Of a DNA stretch of 64,000 nt, positions 1 through 13,466 are shown in pieces. The stretch is from an uncultured delta proteobacterium (GTDB taxonomy: Bacteria > Myxococcota_A > Polyangia > Polyangiales > Polyangiaceae): NCBI GenBank assembly GCA_963806225.1, contig CAWDXG010000004.1:896001-960000 (forward strand), read 5' to 3'. A program made the position numbers and the translations under genes. Each line of letters begins with the position of its first letter. Position 1 is the stretch's first letter. The notes under the pieces were generated by a model. The model worked only from the letters and a program-made list of their open reading frames with translations, had not been told where the DNA came from and did not search any database.

Positions 1-2
1 TC

Positions 3-572
3 CGCCGCAATATTCCCGAAGGCTACTTGAAGAGCCTGCAGGGCAAGGGGCAGATCGATGACCCCGGGGTCCGCCACTACGCCGCCGAAATCGCTCGGGT
101 CACCCGGGGCAGCCTCTGGAGCTGGCACCGCCTCGTGACCCTCGCCCGCCTGGAGCTCGGACTCGACCGCGGTCAGCTCGCAAACTGGATCGCCTGGTCG
201 AGCGTCAAGCGCATCACCCTGGGCAAGCTCGATCACCACGGCGGGGAGGACCGGCACGCCAGCTACACCTACTGGGCGCGCGACTCGAAGAAGGGCGTGT
301 TGTTCACCGACACCGGAGTGCGCGTCGTCCTGCCGGAGGTCTCGCACGTCGCACGCTGGACGGCGGCTCTCGGTCCCGGCGCGTTCCAGGTGGTCCCGAT
401 GCGCGGGCACCAGCGCCTGCACGGAATCCGCACCGCAGCCGGCCCTGGCATCTCGAAACGCCGCATCGAGCTACCCGCCGCCACAGCGAGCGCCGGCTAC
501 GACGACCTGCTCTTCCTCCCGGTTCGTGCGCGCGCGACCTACGACGAGCTGGACAACCTGCGCACGGAGTGA
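3..572 (+). CDS. Hypothetical protein, 5'-truncated by the window edge
   Basis: Open frame from base 3 to TGA at 570-572 with GC3-rich codons. The C-terminal 'AGYDDLLFL' weakly recalls erythromycin-esterase/TraB-like C-termini, but no family can be assigned. Confidence 0.55.
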   Translation, partial: RRNIPEGYLKSLQGKGQIDDPGVRHYAAEIARVTRGSLWSWHRLVTLARLELGLDRGQLANWIAWSSVKRITLGKLDHHGGEDRHASYTYWARDSKKGVLFTDTGVRVVLPEVSHVARWTAALGPGAFQVVPMRGHQRLHGIRTAAGPGISKRRIELPAATASAGYDDLLFLPVRARATYDELDNLRTE

Positions 573-600
573 ACGCACGCGGCGCGGGCGGGTGCGGCGC

Positions 601-1129
601 TCAGCCCGGGTGGTCGCTGCCGGCCTTGGCGCTGCTGGCGGGCTTTGCGGCGGGATTGGGCTTCTGCGAATTGTCCTGCGCGGGCGGCGGCGCGCCGACG
701 ATAGGCACCACGAGCGTGTGCGTCTTGCCGGCGCGGAGGTAGCTGACGCGGACGGCGTCGGCACGCTTGAGCGACTGGAAGGCGTCGTAGGCCTGCATCT
801 CGGTCTCGATGGGCATGCCGTTGAGCGCGGTGACCACGTCGCCGGGCTGCAGGTCGACGCCCTGCCAATATCCGGGCGGGTGCAGCGCGACGATGCGGAA
901 GCCGCGGAACTGGCCGGCGTCGAGGCTGGGCTCGAACGTCCACCCGCTGCAGAAAGCGGCCGAGACCGGCGTTCACGGTGGCGAGCAGCTCGGCGCGCGA
1001 GACAGCACCCTTCGGCACCTTGGACCTGGCAGGCGCTTTCGCGGCGGCAGCGGTATGCGGCTGCGTCGCGGTGGCAGCTCCGCCGCCGCAACCCGCCAGG
1101 AACAATCCAACCAGAAAGACTCGTCGCAC
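601..1129 (-). CDS. PDZ-domain lipoprotein (GspC-like PDZ), one apparent frameshift near 935
   Basis: GTG at 1129 gives a lipoprotein signal 'RRVFLVGLFLAGC'. After a frame change it continues 'GFRIVAL...DLQPGDVVTALNGMPI...AYDAFQSLK...VRVSYLRAG', a typical PDZ signature. Confidence 0.7.
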
Positions 1130-1178
1130 GCCGTGAATATGATCCGCCGTCGCCAGGGCGGGCAAATTCACGGGCGGG

Positions 1179-1354
1179 CGGGCATTTCCGCGTCCTCCCG
1201 CACCTTTTCGCCCTTTTCAAGCGTTTCGTGCGCGTTTTCGCGCCCAAGCTCCGCTTGCAGCCCTTCTCGAGCGCCTGACGGGCATTTCCGCGTCCTGGCC
1301 GCGGCTTTTCGCCCTTTCCAAGCGTTTTGTACGCATTTCCGAGCCCAGGCGCCG
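1179..1354. repeat. Degenerate tandem repeat: two ~75-bp copies 100 bp apart with ~50-bp internal periodicity
   Basis: cgggcatttccgcgtcct at 1179 and 1279. The core gc(a/g)ttt(c/t)cg(c/a)g recurs at 1182, 1232, 1282 and 1333. Confidence 0.75.
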
Positions 1355-1415
1355 GTCCATTTCGATCCGGAGGTCAGTAGTCCAGGCCGAACTTCGCCAG
1401 GCTCTGGGCGACGTT

Positions 1416-2075
1416 TCAAGAGCGCGCATCGAGCACGGCGCGGAGCACCAGCTCGCTCGTCTCTTCCACGCTGCCTTCGCCGGAGATGTGGACGACGCGA
1501 TCACCCGGCACCAGATCCTCGGCGCGGGCGTAGATGGCGGCGAGGCGACGCTGGACGTCGCTGGCTTCGAACAGCTCCTCGCGGCCTCCGCGCTGGCTGC
1601 GGCGCTGGGCGGCGACCTCGGCGGACACGTCGATGACGATCGTGAGGGCCGGACGCCTCGCGCGCCGGTTCAGCTCACGGATCCACGGCACGGACGCCGC
1701 GCCGCCCGGCGAGGTCGCCGACTGGTAGGCGAGGCTCGAAAGGTCGTAGCGATCACTCACGACCGTCGCGCCCGCGGCGAGCGCGGGGAAAATGACGCTG
1801 TCCACGTGGTCGAGCCGATCCGCGGCGAAGAGCAGCGACATGGTGCCCCATGACGGCTCGCGCGGAGCGCCGGCGTCGGTCCGCGGCAGCTCGCGGCGCA
1901 GGGCCTGCCGGATGAGCTTGCCGATGGGCCCCCCGGAGGGCTCGCAGGTGAGCCGCGCGTCCTCGCCGCGGGCTACGAGTGCATCGACCAATCGCCGCGC
2001 TGCGGTGGTGCTGCCGCAGCCGTCGATGCCTTCCAGAACGATGAAGCGAGGCTCGGGTGCGGGGGCCATGTTCAC
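1416..2075 (-). CDS. tmk: Thymidylate kinase
   Basis: '[14 protein letters not shown]' P-loop, 'LLFAADR' and '[14 protein letters not shown]' motifs; overlaps the panC stop. Confidence 0.95.
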   Translation of the reverse strand: MNMAPAPEPRFIVLEGIDGCGSTTAARRLVDALVARGEDARLTCEPSGGPIGKLIRQALRRELPRTDAGAPREPSWGTMSLLFAADRLDHVDSVIFPALAAGATVVSDRYDLSSLAYQSATSPGGAASVPWIRELNRRARRPALTIVIDVSAEVAAQRRSQRGGREELFEASDVQRRLAAIYARAEDLVPGDRVVHISGEGSVEETSELVLRAVLDARS

Positions 2076-2941
2076 GCAGGGATGGGCGCGGGATCCTCGC
2101 CCAGCACGACGTTGTCGATGAGGCGGGTCTTCCCGGCGAAGGCGGCGACGGCGAACAGCGCGCGATCGGCGACGCGGTCGGAGAGCGGCGCGATCTCGTC
2201 GGCGTCGGCGAGCGTGGCGTAGTCGATGCGCAGACCCGCTTTTTCGATCGCTACGACGACCGGATCGTGGAGCGCGGCGACGCTGCGCTCACCCGCGGCG
2301 AAGCGGGCGACGGCTCCGGATAGCGCGCGCGGGATGGCGAGCGCACTCTGCCGTTCGTCCGCGGACAGGTACAGGTTGCGCGAGCTCAGCGCCAGGCCGT
2401 CGGGCTCGCGCACGATGGGATGCCCGACCACGTGCACCGGCAGCAGCAGATCGCGCACCATGCGCTCGATGACCTTGAGCTGCTGGTAGTCCTTCCTTCC
2501 GAAGACAGCTGTGCAGGGACCCGTGACAGCGAAGAGCTTGGTCACGATGGTGGCGACGCCCTCGAAGTGACCGGATCGGCTCGCGCCGCACAGGTGATCG
2601 GTGAGCGCGGCGACGTGAACGCGGGTGTGCTCCTCGGCGGGATACATCTCGTCGACGGCGGGCGCGAACACCAGAGCCGCCCCGGCGCGCTCGCACTTGC
2701 CGAGGTCGCCCTCCAGATCACGCGGGTAGCGCGCCAGATCCTCGTTCGGGCCGAACTGGGTGGGGTTGACGAAGATACTGACCGCCACGTCGCTCGAGTG
2801 GCGGCGCGCTTCCTTGACCAGCGCGAGGTGGCCGCTGTGCAGCGCTCCCATGGTCGGCACCAGCCCGACCGATCCGCCGCCACGGCGCGCGGCGTCGCAC
2901 GCTTCACGGAACTCGTCGACCCGGCGACAGACGCGCATCAC
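2072..2941 (-). CDS. panC: Pantoate--beta-alanine ligase
   Basis: '[11 protein letters not shown]', 'SIFVNPTQF', 'FGRKDYQQ', 'GLALSSRN' and 'TRLIDN' motifs. Confidence 0.97.
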   Translation of the reverse strand: MMRVCRRVDEFREACDAARRGGGSVGLVPTMGALHSGHLALVKEARRHSSDVAVSIFVNPTQFGPNEDLARYPRDLEGDLGKCERAGAALVFAPAVDEMYPAEEHTRVHVAALTDHLCGASRSGHFEGVATIVTKLFAVTGPCTAVFGRKDYQQLKVIERMVRDLLLPVHVVGHPIVREPDGLALSSRNLYLSADERQSALAIPRALSGAVARFAAGERSVAALHDPVVVAIEKAGLRIDYATLADADEIAPLSDRVADRALFAVAAFAGKTRLIDNVVLGEDPAPIPA

Positions 2942-3846
2942 GCTTTCTCGTCGTCGGCGGGGCCGTAGCCGGCAGGGGGATGAGTGACGCGGGCCTTGTC
3001 GCCGGTGGGCTCGCCCTCGGTGTGCGGGCGCGCCATGCCGAAGCTGTGCGCTGCGTCGGGAAAGGCGCCGCTCTGCACCTCGGCGACGTAGCGCGACGTG
3101 GCGTCGACGATAGCGTCCCCCAGCTCCGCGTATCGCTTGACGAACTTCGGCTTCAGGTTGCGGTACATGCCGAGGAAGTCGTAACAGACCAGCACCTGGC
3201 CGTCGCAGTGCGGGCCGGCTCCGATGCCGATTGTGGGGATGTCGATCGACTCGGTGATGCGCCGACCGAGATCGGCGGGCAGACCCTCGAGCACGATGCA
3301 GTACGCCCCGGCCTGTTCCACCGCCTTGGCGTCGGCGAGCACACGCACCGCGGCGTCCTCGCTCTTGCCCTGCACGCGGAAGCCGCCCATCGCATGCACG
3401 GACTGCGGCGTCAGGCCGACATGACCGACCACGGGAATGCCGGCGCTGACAATGCGGTGGATCGTCTCCGCCACGCTCTCGCCGCCCTCGAGCTTGACGG
3501 CCTCGAAGCCGCCTTCCTTGAGCAGGCGTCCCGCGTTCTCGAGCGCCTTCTCGCTCGAGACCTGGAAGCTCATGAACGGCATGTCGCCGACGATCTGGGC
3601 GCGCTCGGTGGCGCGGGCCACGGCGCGACCGTGGTAGCAGATCTCGTCGACCGTGACGGGCAGCGTGGTCGGCAATCCCTGCACGACCATGCCCATCGAG
3701 TCACCGACCAGCAGCACGTCCGCGCCGCCCTCGTCGAGCAGGCGCGCCATGGTGGCGTCGTAGCAGGTGAGCATCGCGATCTTCGGCCCGCCCTGCTTGC
3801 GCGCGCGGATCGCCGGAACGGTGATCTTGTCCGTCTTGGGTGCCAT
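2938..3846 (-). CDS. panB: 3-methyl-2-oxobutanoate hydroxymethyltransferase
   Basis: 'MLTCYDA', '[10 protein letters not shown]', 'GDMPFMS', 'VKLEGG', 'GHVGLTPQ' and 'IGIGAG..CDGQVLV' motifs. Confidence 0.97.
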   Translation of the reverse strand: MAPKTDKITVPAIRARKQGGPKIAMLTCYDATMARLLDEGGADVLLVGDSMGMVVQGLPTTLPVTVDEICYHGRAVARATERAQIVGDMPFMSFQVSSEKALENAGRLLKEGGFEAVKLEGGESVAETIHRIVSAGIPVVGHVGLTPQSVHAMGGFRVQGKSEDAAVRVLADAKAVEQAGAYCIVLEGLPADLGRRITESIDIPTIGIGAGPHCDGQVLVCYDFLGMYRNLKPKFVKRYAELGDAIVDATSRYVAEVQSGAFPDAAHSFGMARPHTEGEPTGDKARVTHPPAGYGPADDEKA

Positions 3847-3891
3847 CGGCGGCGCAGAGCCTATTCGTTTGCAGGCGCGCCGGCCAGGGGG

Positions 3892-4329
3892 CTATTTCAA
3901 CTTGCGTCGCGTACCGCTCCGGCCTGAAACACGCTGCGGCACGACGCCGTCGGAAACGCCGACCGCGCGCGCCAACTGGGCGCGCGCCTCGAGCTCTTCG
4001 CCCACAACGTCTGCCAGCGCCTCTACGCCGTCGACCTTGTCGACGATGGGGCCAAGCCCAAGAGCGCGCTCGCGGGCGCCCGCGTCACGCGTGGCGCTGA
4101 AGAAGACCGCGGAGCGGGCCCTGCCTTCGGCCAACAGGAACTCGGCCAGCTCGATCCCGTTGCCGTCGGGCAGATCGATGTCGATCACCGCCGCGTCGAA
4201 CGGCCCCTCCTCCGTCAAAGCCCGTTGGACGCTGCCGAGCCGCGTCACCTCGTGACCCAGCCGGCGCAGGCTGATCGCGATCACGGTCGCGAGCGGAGGA
4301 TAGTCCTCCACGACGAGCAGACGGCCCAC
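3892..4329 (-). CDS. Single-domain response regulator (receiver)
   Basis: 'LLVVEDY' and 'IDIDLPDGNGIEL' with the phospho-acceptor Asp; basic C-terminal tail. Confidence 0.85.
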   Translation of the reverse strand: MGRLLVVEDYPPLATVIAISLRRLGHEVTRLGSVQRALTEEGPFDAAVIDIDLPDGNGIELAEFLLAEGRARSAVFFSATRDAGARERALGLGPIVDKVDGVEALADVVGEELEARAQLARAVGVSDGVVPQRVSGRSGTRRKLK

Positions 4330-4468
4330 ACGCGCAGTCTAGCTGGTTTCCGCTCCAGCGGCATTCCCAACCCGCCGATACCGGGACAAATCAGGGGAAT
4401 GCGCGGCAGGGCCTGGTGCGTAGAACGTGCTGGGGCTAGAACCAGCACCGAGAGGCCACCGCTCGCGC

Positions 4469-6257
4469 ATGGCACCGATCGCACCCGAAGCCGGACGTTT
4501 CAATCGCAGCTTCGAACGCTGGGCGCGGCGGGTGCGCGCGCGGCTGGCGCTGCGCCGGGCGCTGACCGGGGCGGCGCTGGGGCTGGTTGCGGGCGGCGCC
4601 GCAACGGCGCTCCTGTGGTGGTTGCGGCTCGGCACACTGCGCCCCTGGGCGGCTGTGTTCGGGCTGGTGGGGGCGCTCGCGGGCCTCCTCTTGTCGCTGC
4701 GCCGGCGCTGGAGCGACCCGGACGTCGCGCTCTATCTCGATGCACGGCTCGGGACCGACGAAGCGATCAGCACGGCGGTGGGCGGACCCGATCCCGCACA
4801 TCCGGCGCGCGAGATCGTGACGCGGCGCGCGACCGAGGCCCTCGCCTCCGGCGACCCCAGGCGCGCGCGGCCGCGCGTGCTGGAGCGCTGGCAGGGGCTG
4901 GCTCCACTGGGCGGGGCGGCCGTGGTGTGGCTGTCCCTCGTGCCGCTGCCGAAGTTGCCGCCTCCGGCGCCGAAGCCCCCGGGCACCGAGATGGTGAAGA
5001 ACGCGGACCTGAAGGGGCTGGACCGCATCATCGCGCTCGACAAGCTCGACGCCCGCGACGCCAAACAGCGCGCACGGCTCGACCACATTGCGCGCGAAGC
5101 GAAGAAGCTCCGCGCCGACCTGCAGAAGGGCATGCAGAAGCGCGAGGCGCAGGCGCGCCTCGCCAAGCTGCGCGACGACATCGCCGCCGAACGGCAGCAC
5201 TTCAACGACAAGAAGAACCGCGACGGACTGGAAGCGGCTATCCGCGAGCTCTCGAAGCGCGCGGCGACGAAGCGCGCGGCCAAGGCGCTGGGCGACGGCG
5301 ATCTGGTCGCCTTCGACCGCGAGATGCAGAAGCTCGCCAACAAGACCGAGAAGAAGGACCGCGAGGAAGCCAAGAAGGCTCTGGAAGAGGCCGAGAAGGA
5401 AGCGCGGAAGAAAGGCGCGTCCGGTCTGGCCAAGTCGCTAGAAGAGCAGAGGAAGCTGTTCGAGAAGCGAGAAGCCCACGCCGAAGCGCTGCGCGAGCTG
5501 GCCAAGTCGCTCGGCGGCAAGCTCTCCAAACAGGCCCAGGAAGATCTCGAGGAGTTCGGCCAGACAGGCAGCCCGGAGGCGCAGAAGCGACTGGCCGAGT
5601 CGATGGAAAAGGCGCTGGAGGGGCTGAGCGACGCGGAACGCAAACGGCTGGCCGAGCGACTCGGCAAGCAGATGGAGAAGCAGGGCGGCGCCGCCAACCC
5701 GATGACGAAGAAGCAGCTCGAGGAGATGGCGCGCCGCATGAGCAACCCGGAGGGGCAGAAAGCGCTGCGCGAGCAGCTGAAGAAGCTGGCCAACGAAGAC
5801 CCGAGCGGCGACGCGAGGCGGCAGAAGGGGCTCGACGATGCCGACCGCGGCGGCGCACAGGCAGAGCGCGGGCTGGGCGCGATGCCGGTGCCGATGCAGG
5901 GCACACCCGGCAGCGGCAAGGGGATGGCCGGCGACAACAAGACCGGCGGCGGCAAGTCGGGCAAGGGCGCCGGAGGCCCCGGCAGCCACCACGACAAGGG
6001 CCAGGGCGATCACAAGGGCCACACCGGCAAGGTCGCCACGAAAGAGCTCCGGTCGAAGGCAGAATCCGAAGCTCCAACCGGGCGTGCCGATGCAGGGCGC
6101 GACCATGGGCCGCGCGCCGGCCCGCCCCGGCGAGACGGCGAACCAGGTCGGCACCGGCGCCCTGGGCAGCGCGGGCAAAACCGAGGTCGGGGGCGTCGAT
6201 CGGTCCGAGGTTCCGGAGGAGTACCGCGAGCAGGTAGGGCGCTATTTCCAGCCGTAG
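4469..6257 (+). CDS. Membrane-anchored coiled-coil protein (DUF4175-like) of the MoxR/VWA cluster; frameshift near 6060
   Basis: Three N-terminal hydrophobic segments, a long K/E/A coiled coil and a Gly-rich linker. The C-terminal 'VPEEYREQVGRYF' is in another frame and is typical of this family. Confidence 0.7.
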
Positions 6258-6322
6258 CCGGCGCCGTCTCCCCTGGGCGGGGCACGCGGTGTAGGCTGCC
6301 GCGACTGCCCGGTCGATTCCCC

Positions 6323-7366
<1,044 letters not shown>

Positions 7367-7375
7367 GCTCGGGAC

Positions 7376-9514
7376 GTGGCGCGAGGGCGAAAAGACGAGC
7401 GCTCTGCGCGGCGCTGGCTGGCTGCACTGGCAGCGCTCGCAGCGCTCGCAGCGCTTTTGCTGTCTCGCGCTGCCCGCCGCGGCCGCCCCGCCGAAGAAGA
7501 GCGCGCTGATCGTCGAGCCCACGCCGCTCTTGGGCGCCGGCACACCGACCTGTCCGGGCTGGTTCAGCGTCGCGGTACGCCTGTCGAATTCCGGCGACGC
7601 GCAGATCGCCGGCTCGCTCGAGCTCTCGAGCGAGCTCAGCTACGCGCGCGATACCGCCCACATCGTCACGCGCGCTCCGTTCGCTGTCGCCGGCAAGGGG
7701 CGCGTGACGTTGATGCTTCCGACCCACGGGTTCAACGGCTCGCTGCCGGAACTGCGCCTGCGTGCGCTGGATCGCGGACGGCAACGTACTGGCCGACGTC
7801 GGGTTGCCGGATCCGCGCCCGCCGGGCCGTTCCTGTTCGACCTCGATGTGCCGAGCCGCATCGCGCCGTCACTGCGCGGCATGGGCGTGCCAGTCACGCA
7901 CCCGCACCAGACGCGTCGCGCTACGGCGCGTACCCCACGCTCGCCGTTTCCAGTCCACGGCGTGAACGCCGCCACCGGCGATCCGGTGCTGCCCGAGCGC
8001 GCGGCGGGCTACGCCAGCGCGGCCGTGGTGCTGGCGAGGAGCGAGCAGATCGCCGCGCTCAAGGGTCCCGAGCTCGAGGCGCTGGGCGACTGGGTGCTGC
8101 CGGCGGCGCGCTGGCGGTGGTCGTGACGCGGCCGGAAGATCTGCACCGGCCTCCGCTGACGGATATGCTGGGCGGCGACGTGCGGACCGGCGCGCCGCCG
8201 GCCGGCGTCAAGGCGGAGAGCGGACTTCCTCGTCGTCCCGAATCCGTCGGCAGCGCCTCCGTACAGCTACCGCGGGCCCGGGCACCGGCGCGACGGCGCA
8301 CAAGCTGCATCGCCCCGTCGCACCGAGGTGGCGGACAAGCTCGTCGGCTACAGCGGTGGCAATCTGCACCCGAGCCCGTGGGGCGCGTCGGCCAGCTACG
8401 GCCTGGGCGAGGTGCACCTGCTTGGCGTTCGACGCCACACGCGAGCCGGCCGTCAGCGACGAGTGGGTGCAGCTCGAGATGGTCGATCTGGTGCACCACG
8501 CTTGCAACCGCAACAACACCGTCGCGCTGCCCTCCGCCCAGACCGCGCTCGACCGCCCGGGGTGCGAGCGCGTGCGCAAGGAGCTCGACCCCAACGAGGG
8601 CTCGCGCTGGGCGATCGCCGTCTCGGCGCTGCTGCTGCTCTGTTGTACGCGGCCGGCGCGGGCCCGCTGAATTTCCATCGGGCCTCGCGCAAGGGACGCC
8701 CGCTCAGGGCGCTCCTGCACCTGCCGATCTGGGCGGCGCGCGACCATTCGGCGCGGTGGTGGTGCTCGGCGTCGCCGCCAAGGGCGTCAGCGGGCGAGCG
8801 CGCCACCTCACCCTGGTGGAAGCCGGCGCGGGCATGTCGCGAGGCGCCGCCACGCGCTTCCGCGGCTTCTACAGCGTCCAGCGTCCGAACAGCTGACGGT
8901 GCGCGCCACGCAGCGCGGCAGCGTGCTCGACGTGGCGGGCCAGACCGACGACACCGGCCGCGATCATGGTCGTCGACCGCGACGGCGCCCGCATCGAGCA
9001 CTTCCAGGCCAAGCCCTGGCAGACGGTCGTGGTTCGCGAGGACGGCTTCATCGACCTGGGCGGCGGCGTCAGCATCGTGCGGACGGGCCGACGACGTGGA
9101 GGTGAAGAACCGCGCGGCGCGCGATCTGCTCGCCGTGCTGCTGAAGCGTCGCCGGGGCACGGCGCGGTGTCCTTCCCGCGCATCGCCGACGGACGACAGC
9201 GTGCTCGCCAGCAAGGGCAAGACGGTCGCCGAGGAGCTCGGCGCATCCGCGCGACCAGCGGCGGCGGCCGACGCGCATCGAGCTGGACGCCGACCTGTTC
9301 GGCAGACGTCGACGCCGACCGCCCAGGGCGTGGGCGCCGCCTGGACAGGCGCTGGAGACGCTGGCCGAGCACCGACACCGACTGGTGGCCGGCCGACGTG
9401 CCCGTGCTGCTCGGCCAGCTCGAGGGCGGCGAGGGGCGCACCAGCGACTCGGGCCTGCGCTCGATCGTCGACCGCGTGCTGGTCCGCGTGGTGGGCTACG
9501 GAGGCGTGAAGTGA
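7376..9514 (+). CDS. Large secreted/membrane hypothetical protein of the MoxR cluster (multiply frameshifted)
   Basis: Signal-like N-terminus. Coding-like segments ('[11 protein letters not shown]', 'ELEALGDWV', '[11 protein letters not shown]', '[14 protein letters not shown]') switch frames. It ends 'VVGYGGVK' overlapping the next GTG. Confidence 0.6.
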
Positions 9515-10785
9515 GCGCTGCGCCGGGCATGGTCGAGGCCGTCGAGCGCCGCGCTCGTAGCAGCGCCGCCGCGCCATCCGTGTCCGCCACCTGTGGCACC
9601 GCTACGGCAACATGGACGTGCTCCGCGACGTGAGCTTCGAGGTCGGCCACGGGCGAGATCTTCGGCTTCATCGGCCCGAACGGCGCCGGCAAGACCACGA
9701 CCATCCGCATCATGGCCACGCTGCTCGAGCCGATGGCCGGCCGCGTGGAGATCGACGGCATCGACGTGTCCATCGATCCCGACGACGTGCGCACGACTGA
9801 TCGGCTACATGCCGGATCACGCCGGCGTGTACGAGCGCATCACGGTGCGCGAGTACCTCGAGTTCTTCGCCGACGCCTTCGGCGTGCTCGACATCGGCGT
9901 GGTCGACGCGGTCATCGAGCTGACCGACCTCGGCAATCTGCAGGACCGCCTGGTGGCCGCGCTCAGCAAGGGCATGAAGCAGCGGCTGCAGCTGGCGCGC
10001 ATCCTGCTGCACGACCCCAAGGTGCTGATCCTCGACGAGCCGGCCAGCGACCTCGATCCCGCGCGCCCGCATCGAGATCCGCGATCTTCTGCTGGAGCTC
10101 CGCGAGCTCGGCAAGACCATCTTCCTTTCGAGCCACATCCTGACGGAGCTGTCGCGACGTGTGCACCTCGATCGGCATCCTCGAGCGCGGGCGGCTGGTC
10201 GTGGCCGGACCGCATCGGCGAGATCGCCGAGCGGCTGGAAGCGCGGCGCATGCCGCCGAGGCCGTGGGGCTTCCGCGCCGCCGCCGGCCGGCGCGCCGCG
10301 CACGCGCCGCCGGCGCAGGCTTTCGAGCGCCGCAGCCGCGGCGCCGTGCCGCCAGCGCGCCCGGCCGCCGGACAGTGCGGCGCAGTTCCGCCCAGGTCGC
10401 CGCCGCTCCGGGCGCGCCGCCGAAGCGGCCGAGCCGCCGGCGCCCGTGCCCGTCGCCGACGCGGGTTCCCGCACCCGCGCGCTGCCCGACACGACCGCAG
10501 GCGGCGTGGCCATCCCCGGCGCGGCACAGCGCAAGCGCTGAAGCTCCGCGTGCTCGGCGACTCGCGCCCGGTCGTGCCGCTGCTCGCGGGCGGCAGCGGC
10601 ATCTTCGGCGTCGAGCCGGGTCCCGGCGGGACAGCTCGTCGTGCACTACACCGGCGGGGACCGCTTCGTCGCCGAGGTCGTCCGCCATCTGGTCGCCAGC
10701 GGCGTGGGCGTCGTCGGCGTCGAGCCCGAGCGCAACGAGCTCGAACGCATCTTCCTCGAGGTCACGAAGGGGGATCTCGCAATGA
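9511..10785 (+). CDS. ABC transporter ATP-binding protein (frameshifted) with a Pro/Ala-rich insertion
   Basis: '[13 protein letters not shown]', 'LSKGMKQRL', '[12 protein letters not shown]', 'SSHIL' and C-terminal '[10 protein letters not shown]'. Confidence 0.88.
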
Positions 10786-12538
10786 GCGCGCAGACCGGCC
10801 GCCCCACGCACGGCCCCGGCGCCGCCCTCGTCGCGGCGCATGGACCGGGCGCGGATCGAGGTCGCGCGCATGCGCGAGGACCCGAACCCGGTGTGGATGC
10901 GCGAGCTGCGCCAGGCGGCGCGCCTGGGCCGCACGCCGATCATCCTGGCCGTGGTCACCGGCATGATGACGCTGCTCATCGCGTCGATCGGCGGCATCGC
11001 CAGCGCAACGGCCGAGCCCGCCAAGGTCGGCGTGGCCCTGTTCCACACCTTCTTCTCGCTGGCGTTCGCCGTCGTGGCCTGGGTCGCGCCGGCGGTCGCG
11101 GCCAGCACCATCGCCTCCGAGCGCAGCGGCAGCACCTGGGAGGCGCTGCTCCTGACCGGGCTCGGCGCGCCGTCGATCGCGCGCGGAAAGTTCCTCGCCT
11201 CGCTCACCTACATCGGCCTGTACATCGTGATGCTGGCGCCGGTGGGCGCGCTGCCGTTCCTGTTCGGCGGCGTCACGGCTACCGAGGTGGTCAGCGCGTT
11301 CGCGCTGCTGATGCTGTTCGCCGTGCTGGCCGTCGCTTTCGGTCTGTCGCGTCAGCTCCAAGTTCTCGAGCTCCGCGGTGGCCATCGTGGTGTCGCTGCT
11401 GGTCGCCGTGCCGCTGTCGCATCGTCGTGTACTCTGGCGGCGGCGTCGGCGCTGTCGTACCTGGCGCACTCGGTATGGCCCGGCGTGCCTGAAGGCCCGC
11501 CGGTGTGGCTGCCCACGGCCTATGCCCGCGCCGATTTCGGGCTGGAGTACCTGGTGTTCCTGGTGCTCACGCCGCTGACCATCGTGGCGCTGCCGGCGTG
11601 GTTCCTGTACGAGGTGACGGTCGCCAACATGGCCGGGCCGAGCGACGACCGCTCCAGTGGGCTCCGGCGCTGGTTCCTGGTCTCGGCGCTGGTGCTGGCC
11701 GTGGTGGCGATACTGCCCGCGTTCGTCGAGCCGGGCGATCGCTGGGCGGTTGCGGCTACCGGCATGGGCGCCACCGAGATCTTCCTCGCCTTTTCCGCGT
11801 TCGTCTTCGCCGGGGAGCCGCTCGGCCCCTCGCGGCGCGTGCGCGTGCACTGGGACCGGGAGGGAGCAGGTCGGCTCCGACGCTATCTGGGGCCGGGGCT
11901 GATGCGGGCGATGTCGCTGCTGCTGCTGCTCGGCCTGGTCGGGCTGCTGCTCGAGAGCGCGGGCGGCGTAGCGGCGGAGCTGCTCGGTGGCAGCCCGAGC
12001 GCGACGCAGAACGTGCGATCCCTGCTGGCCTTCGGCGGATACGCGGCGGGATTTTTCGTGTTCGTCGTCGGCTTCACGGCCTGGGTGCGCGCCCGCTCCA
12101 CCGCCTCGACCACGCCGCGGCTAGCTGCTGCTCGCCATGCTGTTCCTGGCCCTCATCGGCCCCTGGATCATAATGGCGATCGCCGGCGTCGTCACCCAGC
12201 GGGAGGATTCCGCGATGCTGCTGGCCGCCCCATCCCCGGTCTACGTGTTCCAGATGATGAAGGAGCTCGGCAGACCCTCGCCGGACAGGCTGGTGATCGG
12301 CGCGGGCGCCGTGTGCGCAGCGGCCTGGACGCTCCTGGGAATGGGGCTCCTCGGTGCGGCGCGCGTGCGCAGCGGGCGCGTGGTGCGCGAACACGAAGCC
12401 ACGCTCGCAAAGGTCGACGAGATGCTGCGCGCCGAGGACGAGGAACTCACAACCGAAGGCGAAAACCCGGCAGGCCCCGGTGCACAACCCGGCAGCGAAG
12501 GCGACGAGCCGCCGACGCCCGAGCCGACGGCAGGCTGA
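10782..12538 (+). CDS. ABC-2-type permease (frameshifted)
   Basis: 'NPVWMRELRQ', 'AASTIASERSGSTWEALLLT' and 'IARGKF' motifs; many TM helices. Confidence 0.85.
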
Positions 12539-12542
12539 CGCC

Positions 12543-13442
12543 ATGACGGAGCTGTCCAGCTTGCTCGATCCGGAGTTCGTTCGCGAGCTCGAGGCGCTGC
12601 GCCGGCGGCTCGCTATCCGCGCGCGCTCGGGCGCCGCTGGCGAGCACGCCGCGCGCCGCAAGGGCAGCAGCGCCGAGTTCCAGGAGCACCGCGGCTACGT
12701 GCCCGGCGACGACCTCAGGCGAGTGGACTGGCTCGCGTTCGCGCGCACCGGCGAGCCCGTCGTCAAACTGTTCAGGGCCGAGGAGGACTCCATCGTGCGC
12801 CTGCTCGTCGACGGTTCGGCGTCGCTCGACTACGGCGATCCGCCCAAGATCGAGGTCGCGCGGCGGCTCGCAGCCGCGATCGGCTACATGGCTCTAGCGG
12901 GCTCGCAGCGGGCCGAGGTGCTGGTGGCCCGATCGGCGACGGAAGGCACGTCGGGTCTGGCGAGCGCGGGCGTTCCACGGCGTGGGCGCGGTGGGTTGGC
13001 CGGGCTGCTGCGCGATCTAGAGGGGGCCGCGCCGGAGGGGGCGGCGGATCTCGCCCGCGCCATCGATCAGCTCGTGCTGCGCTCGCGCCGGCCCGGCATG
13101 CTGGTCGTCTTGAGTGACTTCTTCGACGCCGGACCGGTCACCGAAGCGCTCACCCGGGCGCGTGCCGCGGGCCATGACGTGACGCTCCTGCAGATCGTGA
13201 CGCGCGACGAGATCGAGCCGGGCTTCGAAGGCGACTTCACGCTGGTCGACGCGGAAACCGGCGCCACCGTCGACGTCACGATGGACACCCATGCCATCGA
13301 AGCCTACGTGTTGCGCTTCGCTGGGCTGGTCGAGGAGCTGCGCGCCTGGGCACGTCGCCACGGCGCGGGCTACGTCCGCGCCACCGCGGACGAAGCGCTG
13401 GAAGGCGTGGTCCGGCGCTTCGTCGCGCGCGGCGTGGACTAG
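12543..13442 (+). CDS. DUF58 domain protein (MoxR-associated, VWA-like)
   Basis: 'GSSAEFQEHRGYVPGDDLRRVDW...ART', 'LVDGSASL' and 'VVLSDF' motifs. Confidence 0.92.
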   Translation: MTELSSLLDPEFVRELEALRRRLAIRARSGAAGEHAARRKGSSAEFQEHRGYVPGDDLRRVDWLAFARTGEPVVKLFRAEEDSIVRLLVDGSASLDYGDPPKIEVARRLAAAIGYMALAGSQRAEVLVARSATEGTSGLASAGVPRRGRGGLAGLLRDLEGAAPEGAADLARAIDQLVLRSRRPGMLVVLSDFFDAGPVTEALTRARAAGHDVTLLQIVTRDEIEPGFEGDFTLVDAETGATVDVTMDTHAIEAYVLRFAGLVEELRAWARRHGAGYVRATADEALEGVVRRFVARGVD

Positions 13443-13466
13443 CCCGGCGCCTGACCCGGGGAGGCT

